The position numbers were made by a program, and so were the translations under genes. Shown piece by piece: positions 25,970 to 35,912 of a DNA stretch of 64,000 nt. Numbering within the stretch: position 1 is the stretch's first letter; each line of letters starts with the position of its first letter. The notes beneath the pieces are model-generated. The model had not been told where the DNA came from, did not search any database, and was given only the letters and a program-made list of their open reading frames with translations. The stretch covers positions 203,608,001 to 203,672,000 of the forward strand of contig JBNRSN020000008.1 of NCBI GenBank assembly GCA_051313645.2. The letters are read 5' to 3'. Source of the DNA: Centroscyllium fabricii. Lineage: Eukaryota.

Positions 25970-26631
25970 TGACAGATTGAAATATTATATGAAACAGTCC
26001 TTAATCTTTCCTCATGTAGAAAGCAATTTGGGAAAGTAATAGGACAGTGTCAAACATAGTAAAAATATATCTAGCAGCCATTTCGTAGCTTAGCCTCAGA
26101 CTTAAGTGGGGAGGGGGATTGAGTAATATCTCAGGATGACCAAACTGCTATAGTTAGCAAAAAACAGGAAGACCACAAGGCCAGATGCAGGGTCTCTAAG
26201 CCTTGTGCAAAGCATTGTGCAACCGCTAAATGTGCAAAGCCTTGTGATGTGCTGAGTGCACAAGATAGGGGCAACCCAAAGGTCAAGCCACTCTTAGGTA
26301 ATCACAGATGTTCCTTCTGTCCGCATTTTTAGAATTGCTTAGGTAGCCAGTATTTCAAATGTAATGACTAATGCCTTATCGCCATGCCTCTGTATGTAAT
26401 CGAATGATTGGCTATTGATCCAAGTCTGTTTGCGGTTTTTAAGAATAAAAGCCTGGCCCTTCCTTAGATTGGCGGGCTTCTTACTCGTTGCGCTTGAGTC
26501 CCTCGACTCAGTGTATGCTTGTAGTAAGTCGCCTGAACCAGCTGGTGAATAAAAGAAGTTGACTTCAACTACTCGTGTGGTGTCTCGATCCTTGACGTAC
26601 AACTGTGGGTAGAAGAAAACCTAAACTATCA
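25970..26631 (+). repeat. 5' LTR (662 bp)
   Basis: TGACAG...CTATCA imperfect inverted termini; no difference from the 3' LTR by eye. ATTGG at 26407, TATA-like AATAAAA at 26444, polyA signal AATAAA at 26548. Confidence 0.97.
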
Positions 26632-26633
26632 AA

Positions 26634-26651
26634 TGGGGGCTCGTCCGGGAT
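26634..26651 (+). promoter_or_regulatory. Primer-binding site, tRNA-Pro
   Basis: TGGGGGCTCGTCCGGGAT, identical to the canonical MLV-type tRNA-Pro PBS, 2 nt after the LTR CA. Confidence 0.97.
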
Positions 26652-26726
26652 TCCAAAACCACAGTTCTGACCACCCGTGGTTGAAGCAGAGTTGCTCAAC
26701 GGATTGATTGAAAGGAATCGGCCACC

Positions 26727-26735
26727 AAAGTGAGT
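26727..26735 (+). promoter_or_regulatory. Probable major splice donor
   Basis: AAA|GTGAGT about 80 nt after the PBS. Confidence 0.65.
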
Positions 26736-27160
26736 ACATTTATTTAAAGTGCCACTTTGTTTTCCTGACTGTCAAAACCGATTTTTGAGTAAACTCGAGT
26801 TCACCACGAAGGGGCAGACTGTGTGACGGAATCAAAGAAAATACAGTTGTGACACCCACGAGTTTAACCTTAAATTGAAATGGGTCTTTAAGGTGATTAG
26901 AAAAGTCAGATTGGAGTGGATCTCTGACTAAAGATGGAGTATTAACGGGTCTCCAGAGAGTTAAAGTAACGGGTCTCTCAATAAAATTAGATTAATAAAT
27001 TTGGATACACTTGGATTTACAGTAATTTTAGTATTAACCCTTATTTGTCTATTAATTTGGTGTTTTGATCTATGTGAACAAAAAGGGAGTAACGTAACCT
27101 TAAAAACTGATAAGGACAAAGAAGAGGATAAAGTCCCACTAATAAACAGATACTAGAACC

Positions 27161-29416
27161 ATGGGTAATGCGGTAGATACTTGCACAGACCCGTCCAGTC
27201 CATTACAGCAGTTATGTGATAAACATCCAGATAGGATTGATAAATTAAGAAAACTTTCAGCCGGACTAACGCATAAACTAGGATTGGTAGAGTGGCCAAC
27301 AGGAGGATCCAGTAACATAACCACGGTTAAAGTAGCACAACAGAGAATATGGGAGAATGGTGGTGGAAAAGGTTGTAAGAAGTTGATTCAATTATGGTTG
27401 GATCATTGTACAGAAGATCGAGAAAAAAGCATCTTGTCTAGTTGGCAGGATAACGCTCTAAAGGCAGGAATTGAACTTAGTTACGGGGGCATAACAAAAA
27501 GTGTGGAAATATTGAAAAAGGAGGTAGCCTTTGTAAAACAACAAAAAGGTTCCAAACGGGACTTAACGGCCGAGGTAAAAGACTTACGTAAGTCGATGGT
27601 AGGCATTGGTTTAGATGACCCAGATGGCGACAGTCTTTTGGAGTGGTGTCCCCCGAATCCCTAAGCACCAACGGCGCCCGTGGCACCATTGCCACAACCT
27701 CCCCCGTATATAGCAGTCCAACCTGCAGCCCCTCAAGTACCATTAATATATCCAAGTATAGTGTCACCACCTGTCCAAGTAGTACCTCCATCTATTGTAC
27801 CTCCGCCAATACCACAGACTCCTGTTTCAACGAATACATTTGTTGAACCACCCTCCGGGCTGGCACCTCCTCCCGTGACGGGTGCACGAGGTACACGAAG
27901 AAAAATACCTCGGGGACACTCCAGTACCGGAGTGTCCAGGCCGTCTGTCTCAGGCAACCCGCCACATTATCATGACGGAGTATCAGGCGGAACTAGATCT
28001 AAAACTAGACTAAGGGGCAAAAACGGTAAACCCTCCCCCAGTAAGACGTTCCAGCAATTAGTTATTACTGCCGCTGAAGAGCCAATAGACACAGATGAAG
28101 AAGTAGATGAGGACTTAAGTGATGACTGGGAGGAAGTTGTAGAAGAAGAACCTCTCACATCTTCAGCAGAGACACAGGTCAAAGCAGTAAAATGTTTTCT
28201 GAATAGTTTTGATTCAGACGAAAACACCGACGAGGAAAGTGGCAAACAAAGGAGACCAATAGTCAAAAAGAAGAAAAGAGTAGTCAAACAGTTTCCCATG
28301 CGCATTGTTCCAAACGCATTAGTTGGCCAACCAACTGGCCCAGGCGGAGCAGTTAATTTAAACCCCACAATGCAAGTTTATGTCCCTTGGAAACCTAATG
28401 AAATGTTGGCTATCCTGGCTACTGCCCCAGACAAAGATCAGTTACCCGCCAAGTTTGTGCAGTTCCTGAGGACCGTTATTAATGTCTACAATGGTGATGC
28501 CCAGGACCTCTGGTCACTCATCCAGCAATGTCTCTCTCCCACTCAATTTGGAAGATTTCAGCTTGCCATAACCCATCCGACCTATGCCGCCTTCGCCGGT
28601 GGAAACGTTGGAGTGGGACTCCGAGTTGATACCCTTTTGACCACAGTTCAGACTGTTTTACAGAAACCAATAGACATTTCCAAAATTCTGGAAGCCAAAC
28701 AAAAGAAAGGAGAAGCAATAGAAGATTTTCTTGAAAGATTCAGGGAATTGTACTCTAACCACTCCGGAGATGCTAACTTCCTTGCGGGCAATGCATCCCC
28801 TCAATTTTGTGCCATCCTGATGACCTGTCTGTCTGCCACAGTGGCCAAAGATGTTAAAATCAACAACATTCAATGGGCAACTAATACCCCTGACGAACTA
28901 TGCAGAGTAATTAAAGCTCTGTGGAAAGATCCAGTCTTGGACAAAGATACGGCAGTAAAAGTTAAGTCAGAATACGTAGTTGCCCCAGTCCTTCCCCCGA
29001 TAGACCATAGAGGGTATCAGATGGAACCCGAATCTTGTAATCTCGGGTGGGTTTCTCACCAGGGAGAAGGTTACATGGATCATCCCAATGGACCTAGGGC
29101 AGCAGCCCATGGCCCACCGGTAGCCCCAGTTGGAGCTTGGCAACACTTACAGGATTTCCGCGGGCAACAGGGTTATCCTCCACAGGGAGGTTATTCTCAG
29201 TATCAAGGAGGACATAATCAGGGTAACCAGAGAAGTCAAACCCGCCGTAATCAGTGTTTCTCTTGTGGAGGAACAGGCCATTGGCAGCATGAATGTCTAA
29301 ATGGAGATCAGGGACAAGGAGACAGAGGAGGTAGAGGAGGAGGAAGAGGTAGACAACAAGGAAGAGGAGGAAGAGTAGGAAGGTTTCAGCAGAGAAACCC
29401 CTTTTACCAACAATGA
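27161..29416 (+). CDS. gag: Gag (MA-late-CA-NC), interrupted by one in-frame TAA at 27662-27664
   Basis: ORFs 27161..27664 and 27680..29416 share a frame. MG start, PTAP and PPPY late motifs, MHR QKKGEAIEDFLERFRELY, single CCHC knuckle CFSCGGTGHWQHEC, RGG tail. Confidence 0.92.
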
Positions 29417-32400
29417 AGTTCCATGCTCCCAGTGTCCTCCCCAACAAACACACACATCCCTGAACCCCTCCTGGCACTCACAGTTAACGGACACTCACTC
29501 CATTTTCTAGTCGATACGGGGGCAACCTTTTCCTCAGTACAAGCTAAATACAACTTACCTCTTTCAGAGCATACAGAAAGACTGGCCGGCTTTGACGGCC
29601 AGCCCAGAATTTATCCTGTCTCCAAACTCGTGTCTGTCCAGTTTAAATCGCTTTTCGTTAATCACTCGTTTGTAATTTCCTCCGCCCTTGACTGCAATCT
29701 CATGGGAAGAGACCTGATATGTGTATTGAAACTAATCCTCAATTGTAAAGAGGAAGGAGTAGAAATTACACACCCAGCCCCGAGACAGATGTATGTTACT
29801 ACTATTCCCCAATGGTGGACATTAGACTTAAGCGACGGACATCACCATGTTACCCTGGCATATGATAGATCAGGGACTAACAAAGAGCTCACGGATTTCT
29901 TCGAACCTTTTCTAGGGCAATCTTTTCCAGTACACATAAGAGCCTATGTCACGGGACCACCAGGAGAGGCAGATTTTGTCCAGATCCCACATCACTTGTG
30001 GAAACCTCAACCCCTGCATAACTTAGGTACCGCACCCCAGTTTGCTCCACACATCACCAGAATGGTCTTACAACCGTATCACGCTAAGGATTTAGGAATT
30101 ATCACAAAAAAGGCAGCTGACCAATCAGACCCTTCCATTTTCTCGGTCCAGCATGTGGGGGATGAAGGTCTTACTATACAGTATCATGCCATTGCAAAAA
30201 CAGAGATGTGTAAGTTAAACAGACATTATGGAAAGGACATTGTCGATTACGTCTGCCCCGACGCATGGGCTAGGGAAACTACTCAAGTAGGAATAGTTAC
30301 GGTTCCACCTGTCTGTATAGCGATTAAATCAAACGCTGTCCTCCCATCAATTAAGCAGTACCCTATGAAGCAGCAAGCTATCCCCTGCATAACTAATCTT
30401 GTCAGAGAACTTATAGCACAGAAGGTACTGGTTGAGTGCAAATCACAATGTAACACTCCCTTACTAGCCGTTCCAAAACCAGGTAAACCAGGAGTCTATA
30501 GACTGGTCCAAGATTTAAGGGCCATCAATGCAATTGTCAAACCTCTCCACGCACTGGTACCTAATCCTGCGCACATTTTAGCCACCATCCCTGCCCACTC
30601 GAAGGTTTTTGCCATCATTGACCTTCAGCACGCCTTTTTCTCCATCCCCCTCCACAGGGACAGTCAGTATCTCTTTGCATTTACTTTTCAGGGCCAACAG
30701 TATACGTGGACACGATTACCCCAGGGATTTGTCAACTCCCCGACTCTATTCTCTAGGTGCCTCCAACAGCAGCTTTCTGACTTACAGTTAGAACATCACT
30801 CTGCCCTGATCCAGTATGTCGATGACCTGCTTATCGCTAGTCCCGACGAGGCCAGTAATAGAGAGGACGTCATTACCGTCCTTAATCACCTCAGTCGCTT
30901 AGGATATGTCATAAACGCTCTAAAAGTCAAAGTTGCACAACAGGAAGTTAAGTTTCTCGGAGTGATTCTCTCGGCTACAGAAAGAAAACTTGAGGAGAGC
31001 AGGATCCAACCCATCTGTAACACCCCAGTTCCACAAACCGCCAAAGAAGTTAGACAGTGGATGGGCATGATTAATTATTGCAGACAATGGATCCCTAACA
31101 TTGCTACCCTCACCAAGTTATTAACCCCGTATACTAGTGAGGAAAAGCCATTTATACTTTCACCAGAGGCTACCTCTGCCTTCCGTCAGCTCAAGCAGGC
31201 CCTAGCCCAAGCTCCAGCTTTAGGCAGACCCTTATATGATAGACCCTTTCAACTCTTCTGCACCGTTATTGCAGACTGTGCTACCGCAGTTCTCACCCAG
31301 AAACACGGAGATCAAAATCGTCCAGTTGCCTATTTTTCCTCCAAATTAGACCCAGTTGCATTGGGCTATCCCTTTTGCACTCAGGTTCTGGCTGCAATTT
31401 ACAATAGTCTCCAATCAGCAGCAAACCTTACTCTCCAACAAGATATCACTGTCTATAGTTCCCACTCAGTGACAGCACTTCTCGGACAGCTTCAGACCCA
31501 GCATCTTACAGCCGCTCGTCAAAACAAGTATGAGATTTCTCTCCTTAACAACCCAAGGCTGGTATTCAAACATTGTTCCACCCTTAACCCAGCAACCTTC
31601 CTACAACAACCACCTTCCGTTAACATGGAACTATCTCATGACTGTCTCATCAGTGTAATGGAAGATACTAGCCCTCGTACAGATCTGACGGACAAACCTC
31701 TTGATTTACCTGACTTAACACTCTACACCGATGGCAGCTCATCATATGATAGCTGCGGAAACAGAATCTCAGGTTATGCAGTTGTAAACCAAGATGGGAA
31801 GACCTGCGTGTCTGGGGCCTTTCAGCACCCCGTTTCAGCCCAACAAGCGGAACTGTATGCTCTTACTCAAGCTTGTATTTTTGCTCATGACCAGTCTGTA
31901 AACATTTACACCGACTCTCGGTATGCCTTTGGAGTAGTGCATGATTTTGGACAGTTATGGAAGAATCGCGGCTTCATTGCTTCATCAGGTGCCTTGATCT
32001 CGAACCGCCAACTAGTCTCTGATCTTTTGCTCGCTATCATGTTACCCAGATCAATAGCAGTTATTAAATGTTCAGCTCATACTGCGGGGACCACCCCTGT
32101 TGATATAGGAAATAGAAATGCCGATTTAGCGGCCAAAAAGGCCTCACTCGGTAGTCAGATGGTTACATTACAAATGATGACACAAGCCAAAACCACTTCA
32201 CCGGGAATCTTTGCGTCTGATAAACCAATGCCAACCATTAAGGATGTTATTTTCTTGCAGGAGGACGCTCCTGAGTCTGTTAAGCAATTATGGACCCAAC
32301 ACTCATGTAAGAGTAACTCGGATGGACTCTGGGTTACTCCAGTTGGGCAAGCATGTATGACTGATGTATTAGCGGGATGGGTGATTGAAAGTGTTCATTT

Positions 32401-33430
32401 TCTTACCCATTGTGGCGCTCGTCAAACTACCGATCTGTTACTTAAAACCTGGTGGCACCCAAGACTTCAAGCCCTGGCGGCTACCTTCTCTAACAGGTGT
32501 CTAGTGTGCTCACAACATAACCCATCACCAGGTTCAAAATGTGCCAAAGGAAAAACCCCTCTCCCTTCAGGTCCCTTTGACACTCTCCAAATGGACTATA
32601 TAACTCTACCAAAATGTAATGGTTATCAGTATGTTCTTGTTATTGTAGATGTCTTCAGTAAATGGATAGAGGCATATCCAACTTCTGATAACAAAGCCTC
32701 AACAGTTGTAAAAGTATTACTTCGCGAAATTATCCCTCGGTATGGTATTCCTGCTCGGATCAGTTCCGACAATGGACCACACTTTATTGGGGAGATTAAC
32801 AAAGAAATGTGCAAACAGTTAGGGATTGAACAACAGCTCCATTGTGCCTATCATCCTCAAGCGGCAGGACTTGTCGAACGCATGAACCAGACCCTTAAAA
32901 CTAAGCTCGCCAAACTGGTGGAGCAAACTGGTTCAACATGGTTTAAATTGCTACCAATAGCTCTTTTTCAGATCCGTGTTACACCAGCAGGACGGCACCA
33001 ACTTTCCCCATCAGAGATTGTCTATGGTCGGCCAGTCAGAACCCCGTGGGGTGATCGACCACCTGCTACAGTCCACTTCCACCATATGACTGAGGAACTG
33101 ACTGATTATGTTTTAAATCTAACTGATGCTTTACGTTATGCACATTCACAGGTCCGATCTGCCCACGGGCCTCCAGCTACCCTCCAGTTGTCCCAAGAAA
33201 TCGTACCAGGCACATTTGTCCTTGTTAAAAACTGGACACACAAAGGTCTGGAGAAAAGATGGATTGGTCCCTACCAAGTACTCTTGACCACCCCCACAGC
33301 AGCAAAACTTGAAGGACGCAATGCTTGGGTTCACCTTCATCATTGCAAACTGATTACAAGTAATCAGAAGGGGGGGGATAAGGTCGATAAGGATAAGGTC
33401 GATAAGGTGGGGACACCTAAAGATCAATAA
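29417..33430 (+). CDS. pol: Pro-Pol: protease, 2H phosphoesterase-like domain, RT, RNase H, integrase
   Basis: In frame with gag. DTG (29513), GRDL, LPQG, YVDD (30815), YTDGS/AELYAL/YTDSRY, HHCC, D-D-E (QMDY, SDNG, VERMN), GPY. No stops. Confidence 0.97.
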   Translation, partial: SSMLPVSSPTNTHIPEPLLALTVNGHSLHFLVDTGATFSSVQAKYNLPLSEHTERLAGFDGQPRIYPVSKLVSVQFKSLFVNHSFVISSALDCNLMGRDLICVLKLILNCKEEGVEITHPAPRQMYVTTIPQWWTLDLSDGHHHVTLAYDRSGTNKELTDFFEPFLGQSFPVHIRAYVTGPPGEADFVQIPHHLWKPQPLHNLGTAPQFAPHITRMVLQPYHAKDLGIITKKAADQSDPSIFSVQHVGDEGLTIQYHAIAKTEMCKLNRHYGKDIVDYVCPDAWARETTQVGIVTVPPVCIAIKSNAVLPSIKQYPMKQQAIPCITNLVRELIAQKVLVECKSQCNTPLLAVPKPGKPGVYRLVQDLRAINAIVKPLHALVPNPAHILATIPAHSKVFAIIDLQHAFFSIPLHRDSQYLFAFTFQGQQYTWTRLPQGFVNSPTLFSRCLQQQLSDLQLEHHSALIQYVDDLLIASPDEASNREDVITVLNHLSRLGYVINALKVKVAQQEVKFLGVILSATERKLEESRIQPICNTPVPQTAKEVRQWMGMINYCRQWIPNIATLTKLLTPYTSEEKPFILSPEATSAFRQLKQALAQAPALGRPLYDRPFQLFCTVIADCATAVLTQKHGDQNRPVAYFSSKLDPVALGYPFCTQVLAAIYNSLQSAANLTLQQDITVYSSHSVTALLGQLQTQHLTAARQNKYEISLLNNPRLVFKHCSTLNPATFLQQPPSVNMELSHDCLISVMEDTSPRTDLTDKPLDLPDLTLYTDGSSSYDSCGNRISGYAVVNQDGKTCVSGAFQHPVSAQQAELYALTQACIFAHDQSVNIYTDSRYAFGVVHDFGQLWKNRGFIASSGALISNRQLVSDLLLAIMLPRSIAVIKCSAHTAGTTPVDIGNRNADLAAKKASLGSQMVTLQMMTQAKTTSPGIFASDKPMPTIKDVIFLQEDAPESVKQLWTQHSCKSNSDGLWVTPVGQACMTDVLAGWVIESVHFLTHCGARQTTDLLLKTWWHPRLQALAATFSNRCLVCSQHNPSPGSKCAKGKTPLPSGPFDTLQMDYITLPKCNGYQYVLVIVDVFSKWIEAYPTSDNKASTVVKVLLREIIPRYGIPARISSDNGPHFIGEINKEMCKQLGIEQQLHCAYHPQAAGLVERMNQTLKTKLAKLVEQTGSTWFKLLPIALFQIRVTPAGRHQLSPSEIVYGRPVRTPWGDRPPATVHFHHMTEELTDYVLNLTDALRYAHSQVRSAHGPPATLQLSQEIVPGTFVLVKNWTHKGLEKRWIGPYQVLLTTPTAAKLEGRNAWVHLHHCKLITSNQKGGDKVDKDKVDKVGTPKDQ
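29780..30240 (+). other. 2H phosphoesterase-like domain within Pol
   Basis: HVTL (29846-29857) and PHITR (30047-30061), 68 aa apart, followed by AKDLG; lies between protease and RT. Confidence 0.75.
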
Positions 33431-33447
33431 AAAGAAGATGCAATAAT

Positions 33448-33486
33448 CCTTTTGTTAGTTTTTGTATTCTTTCAGTATTCTTTCAG
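33448..33486 (+). promoter_or_regulatory. env splice acceptor(s)
   Basis: Pyrimidine tract with a tandem duplicated tattctttcag, giving AGs at 33475 and 33486, upstream of the env ATG. Confidence 0.7.
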
Positions 33487-33523
33487 ACCCTAGCAATAAC
33501 GGGAGGATCGTAAAACCGAAGAA

Positions 33524-35632
33524 ATGAGGGTATCACTCGTCCTCATCACGCTGCCATACTTACTGATGGATATTGAAGGATGGAAAGCCGTTAACGGAAA
33601 AGATGGAGTAAAAACAATCAACCGGGACTATCCGAGGAGGAACAGGAAAAAGACATTTACTTGCTCCTTGGGAGCTAAAGCGGACAAAGTCAGACACCTG
33701 TGTAAAGGAGATATGATCACCTGTGTGGATCCTTCAGATCCATTCGGAAGCTGGACTGTAACCAGAAAGGACTTTTGTACCGGTTGGTTAAAACAAACTG
33801 ATAGACAAATAACGTTAGAACTCAGAAACCAGTGGGGGTTGCCTTGCAACTACCGAAAATGTAAATTTGATTTTAATTGTAAACACAAACATACTGAGGA
33901 TGTAAAGTATAAGCAGACATTGCCAGAGGGAATGTGCTTACGGGAAGCTCAGTTACATCCAGACCCTGAAGTAGGTAGGCGAGCAGAGTTCGCCGACTCC
34001 AAGAGATTAGATCGCAAAGATAAGTCTAGGATAAAACGTAGTACAGGATCAACAGACAGGCACCCCTCCCCAGCAGACCCTAGTGGTAACCTGTTCATTA
34101 AAACTCATGATTCCATGTTTGGACCCAATTCCGGCCCGATCTGTTACAATCATGAATCAGTACTTGGTATGTTCACGGTTTCCCCCTTATGGGGGCGCAC
34201 CGAGAGAGTTGTCAAGTGCCTACATGGTCCCACCCAACTACCTAAAAGATTGGTCCGTCCCTATCACCCCTTTACAGCTCCACCTGCCAACTGCCTACCC
34301 CTCCCAAGGGACAACACACATTCTCAAAAAGTCTGCGTTAAAAGGACGTCAGCAGCAATACTGGCCCTTCCCTGCCACTTTTCCATCAACACTGACAACC
34401 GAATGTACGAACGATGTTTTAATAACAGCGGATGGGGATGTACCGTCGTCCAGGTCACCCGGAACCTCACCTGCTTACAAAAAACCTGTGAGAAACGACA
34501 ATGTCATGAACAATCCGAGGGAATGTCCTGCCCGTGTGTAAGTTCATCGTGTATCCCCCTCAGCCAGGGTCCACAGCTCATGTGCGGACAGGCAAACGGG
34601 ACCCATATACAGGTCAACGAGAACTATGCCTTCCCCATCACGCCCGATGGTGACTGGATTACCGAGGGATGGAAGGACTGGGCAACCGGGGGAGATACCA
34701 CAAACACATGGCGCACTTGTTCCCACCTGTCTACAGATTACGGTTACTTCTTCTTTTATAACGGAGTGGCCACCAACATCTTAGAGCCACCATACCCCAG
34801 ACAGGTAGCAGTCGGCACCCTAGTGCCCACCACGGTACCTTGTCCTACTAAATGGGGAAAACAAAGATACAGATTAGTTAAACGCACGGTCACTAAGGAA
34901 TATTGTGGCCGATGGAGTAACCCAAAGGCATTTGGAGGAGTTGGACACTCAATAGGATGGGGAATATTAAGCTCTATATCATTAGGAGGCACAGCAGGAG
35001 GCATAGCGGCCGATAACCGGAATTACCTAGTGTGTGGACTTGCTATCTTGGGCAATGATACTAGAGGGGCACTGGAAGAAGTAACTTTAGGATTGCATGA
35101 CTTACGATTGTTTACTCAGCAAAATAGGTACGCCTTGGACTACATTCTCGCCAAGGAAGGGGGAGTGTGCGCAATAGTACAAGGAAAGTGCATCATGGGA
35201 GTTCCAGATCGAACCAAGAACCTCACTCAGTTCATTAACAATATTAGGAATTTTGTCGAAGGCCTGGGAGAGGGCCCCAGTGGAGGAAACTTGGAAATAG
35301 AAGGATGGCAGGACTGGTTTACCAATATAGCCATTTACCTTGGAATAACTGTGCTTTGCATTTTTGTCGGAATGGCAGTCCTTAAATGTGTTCTTGCCAG
35401 AATGATGCGTTCTGTAGGAAGCATTGGAGATACAGTTGAAGGATTACAAAGCACCCAAAAGATGATGCTTCAGCGGATGATAACCGACAAAGGAGACGAC
35501 CCGGAAGAGCAAATCGAAGATGGAGACGCATGGCTCATTGAACAGAAGAACAAAGAAACCATTGAGAACGAATTTATGAGGCTCAACCGAAGCAATCTAC
35601 CGGAGAATGACGGACTGGGACTTTCGGAGTAA
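33524..35632 (+). CDS. env: Env, 702 aa, intact
   Basis: Signal peptide; RIKR (aa 169-172) and RLVKR (to aa 454); Gly-rich fusion peptide; ISD QNRYALDYILAKEGGVC; CX6C; TM helix FTNIAIYLGITVLCIFVGMAVL. Confidence 0.95.
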   Translation: MRVSLVLITLPYLLMDIEGWKAVNGKDGVKTINRDYPRRNRKKTFTCSLGAKADKVRHLCKGDMITCVDPSDPFGSWTVTRKDFCTGWLKQTDRQITLELRNQWGLPCNYRKCKFDFNCKHKHTEDVKYKQTLPEGMCLREAQLHPDPEVGRRAEFADSKRLDRKDKSRIKRSTGSTDRHPSPADPSGNLFIKTHDSMFGPNSGPICYNHESVLGMFTVSPLWGRTERVVKCLHGPTQLPKRLVRPYHPFTAPPANCLPLPRDNTHSQKVCVKRTSAAILALPCHFSINTDNRMYERCFNNSGWGCTVVQVTRNLTCLQKTCEKRQCHEQSEGMSCPCVSSSCIPLSQGPQLMCGQANGTHIQVNENYAFPITPDGDWITEGWKDWATGGDTTNTWRTCSHLSTDYGYFFFYNGVATNILEPPYPRQVAVGTLVPTTVPCPTKWGKQRYRLVKRTVTKEYCGRWSNPKAFGGVGHSIGWGILSSISLGGTAGGIAADNRNYLVCGLAILGNDTRGALEEVTLGLHDLRLFTQQNRYALDYILAKEGGVCAIVQGKCIMGVPDRTKNLTQFINNIRNFVEGLGEGPSGGNLEIEGWQDWFTNIAIYLGITVLCIFVGMAVLKCVLARMMRSVGSIGDTVEGLQSTQKMMLQRMITDKGDDPEEQIEDGDAWLIEQKNKETIENEFMRLNRSNLPENDGLGLSE

Positions 35633-35900
35633 AAATGGACTTAAGAACTTTGAATGTTGTGCTGGTATCTTCTTCATGGACACAAGAGTTAATTGTTGCA
35701 TTGTTCGATTTGATTATTATTCTTTTTATTTTATGTTGTGCTTTTCACTTGGTTGAAAATCATATGTGCCCAGCTAACTAAGATAGCAATATCTGCTCAG
35801 TTAATCATCAGATTTTTAGCAGACGAGAACAGGGATAAACCAATAAGCCATTCCTCATGAGCCCTTGTCATAAGGTAGAATTAATTGTCATAGAAATGAC

Positions 35901-35912
35901 AAAAGGGGGGGA
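35901..35912 (+). promoter_or_regulatory. Polypurine tract
   Basis: aaaaggggggga immediately before the 3' LTR TG. Confidence 0.95.

Noticed and set aside
26339-26602. Identical 87-aa antisense ORF in both LTRs
   Set aside because: Identity follows from the LTR duplication; no ATG start and no recognisable domain.
26652-27160. WDSV-like orfC in the leader, or cyclin genes after env
   Set aside because: No + strand ORF of 60 aa or more in the leader or in 35633-35900.
34083-34541. 152-aa alternate-frame ORF inside env as an accessory gene
   Set aside because: GTG start, no motifs; the length is plausible for a shadow ORF.
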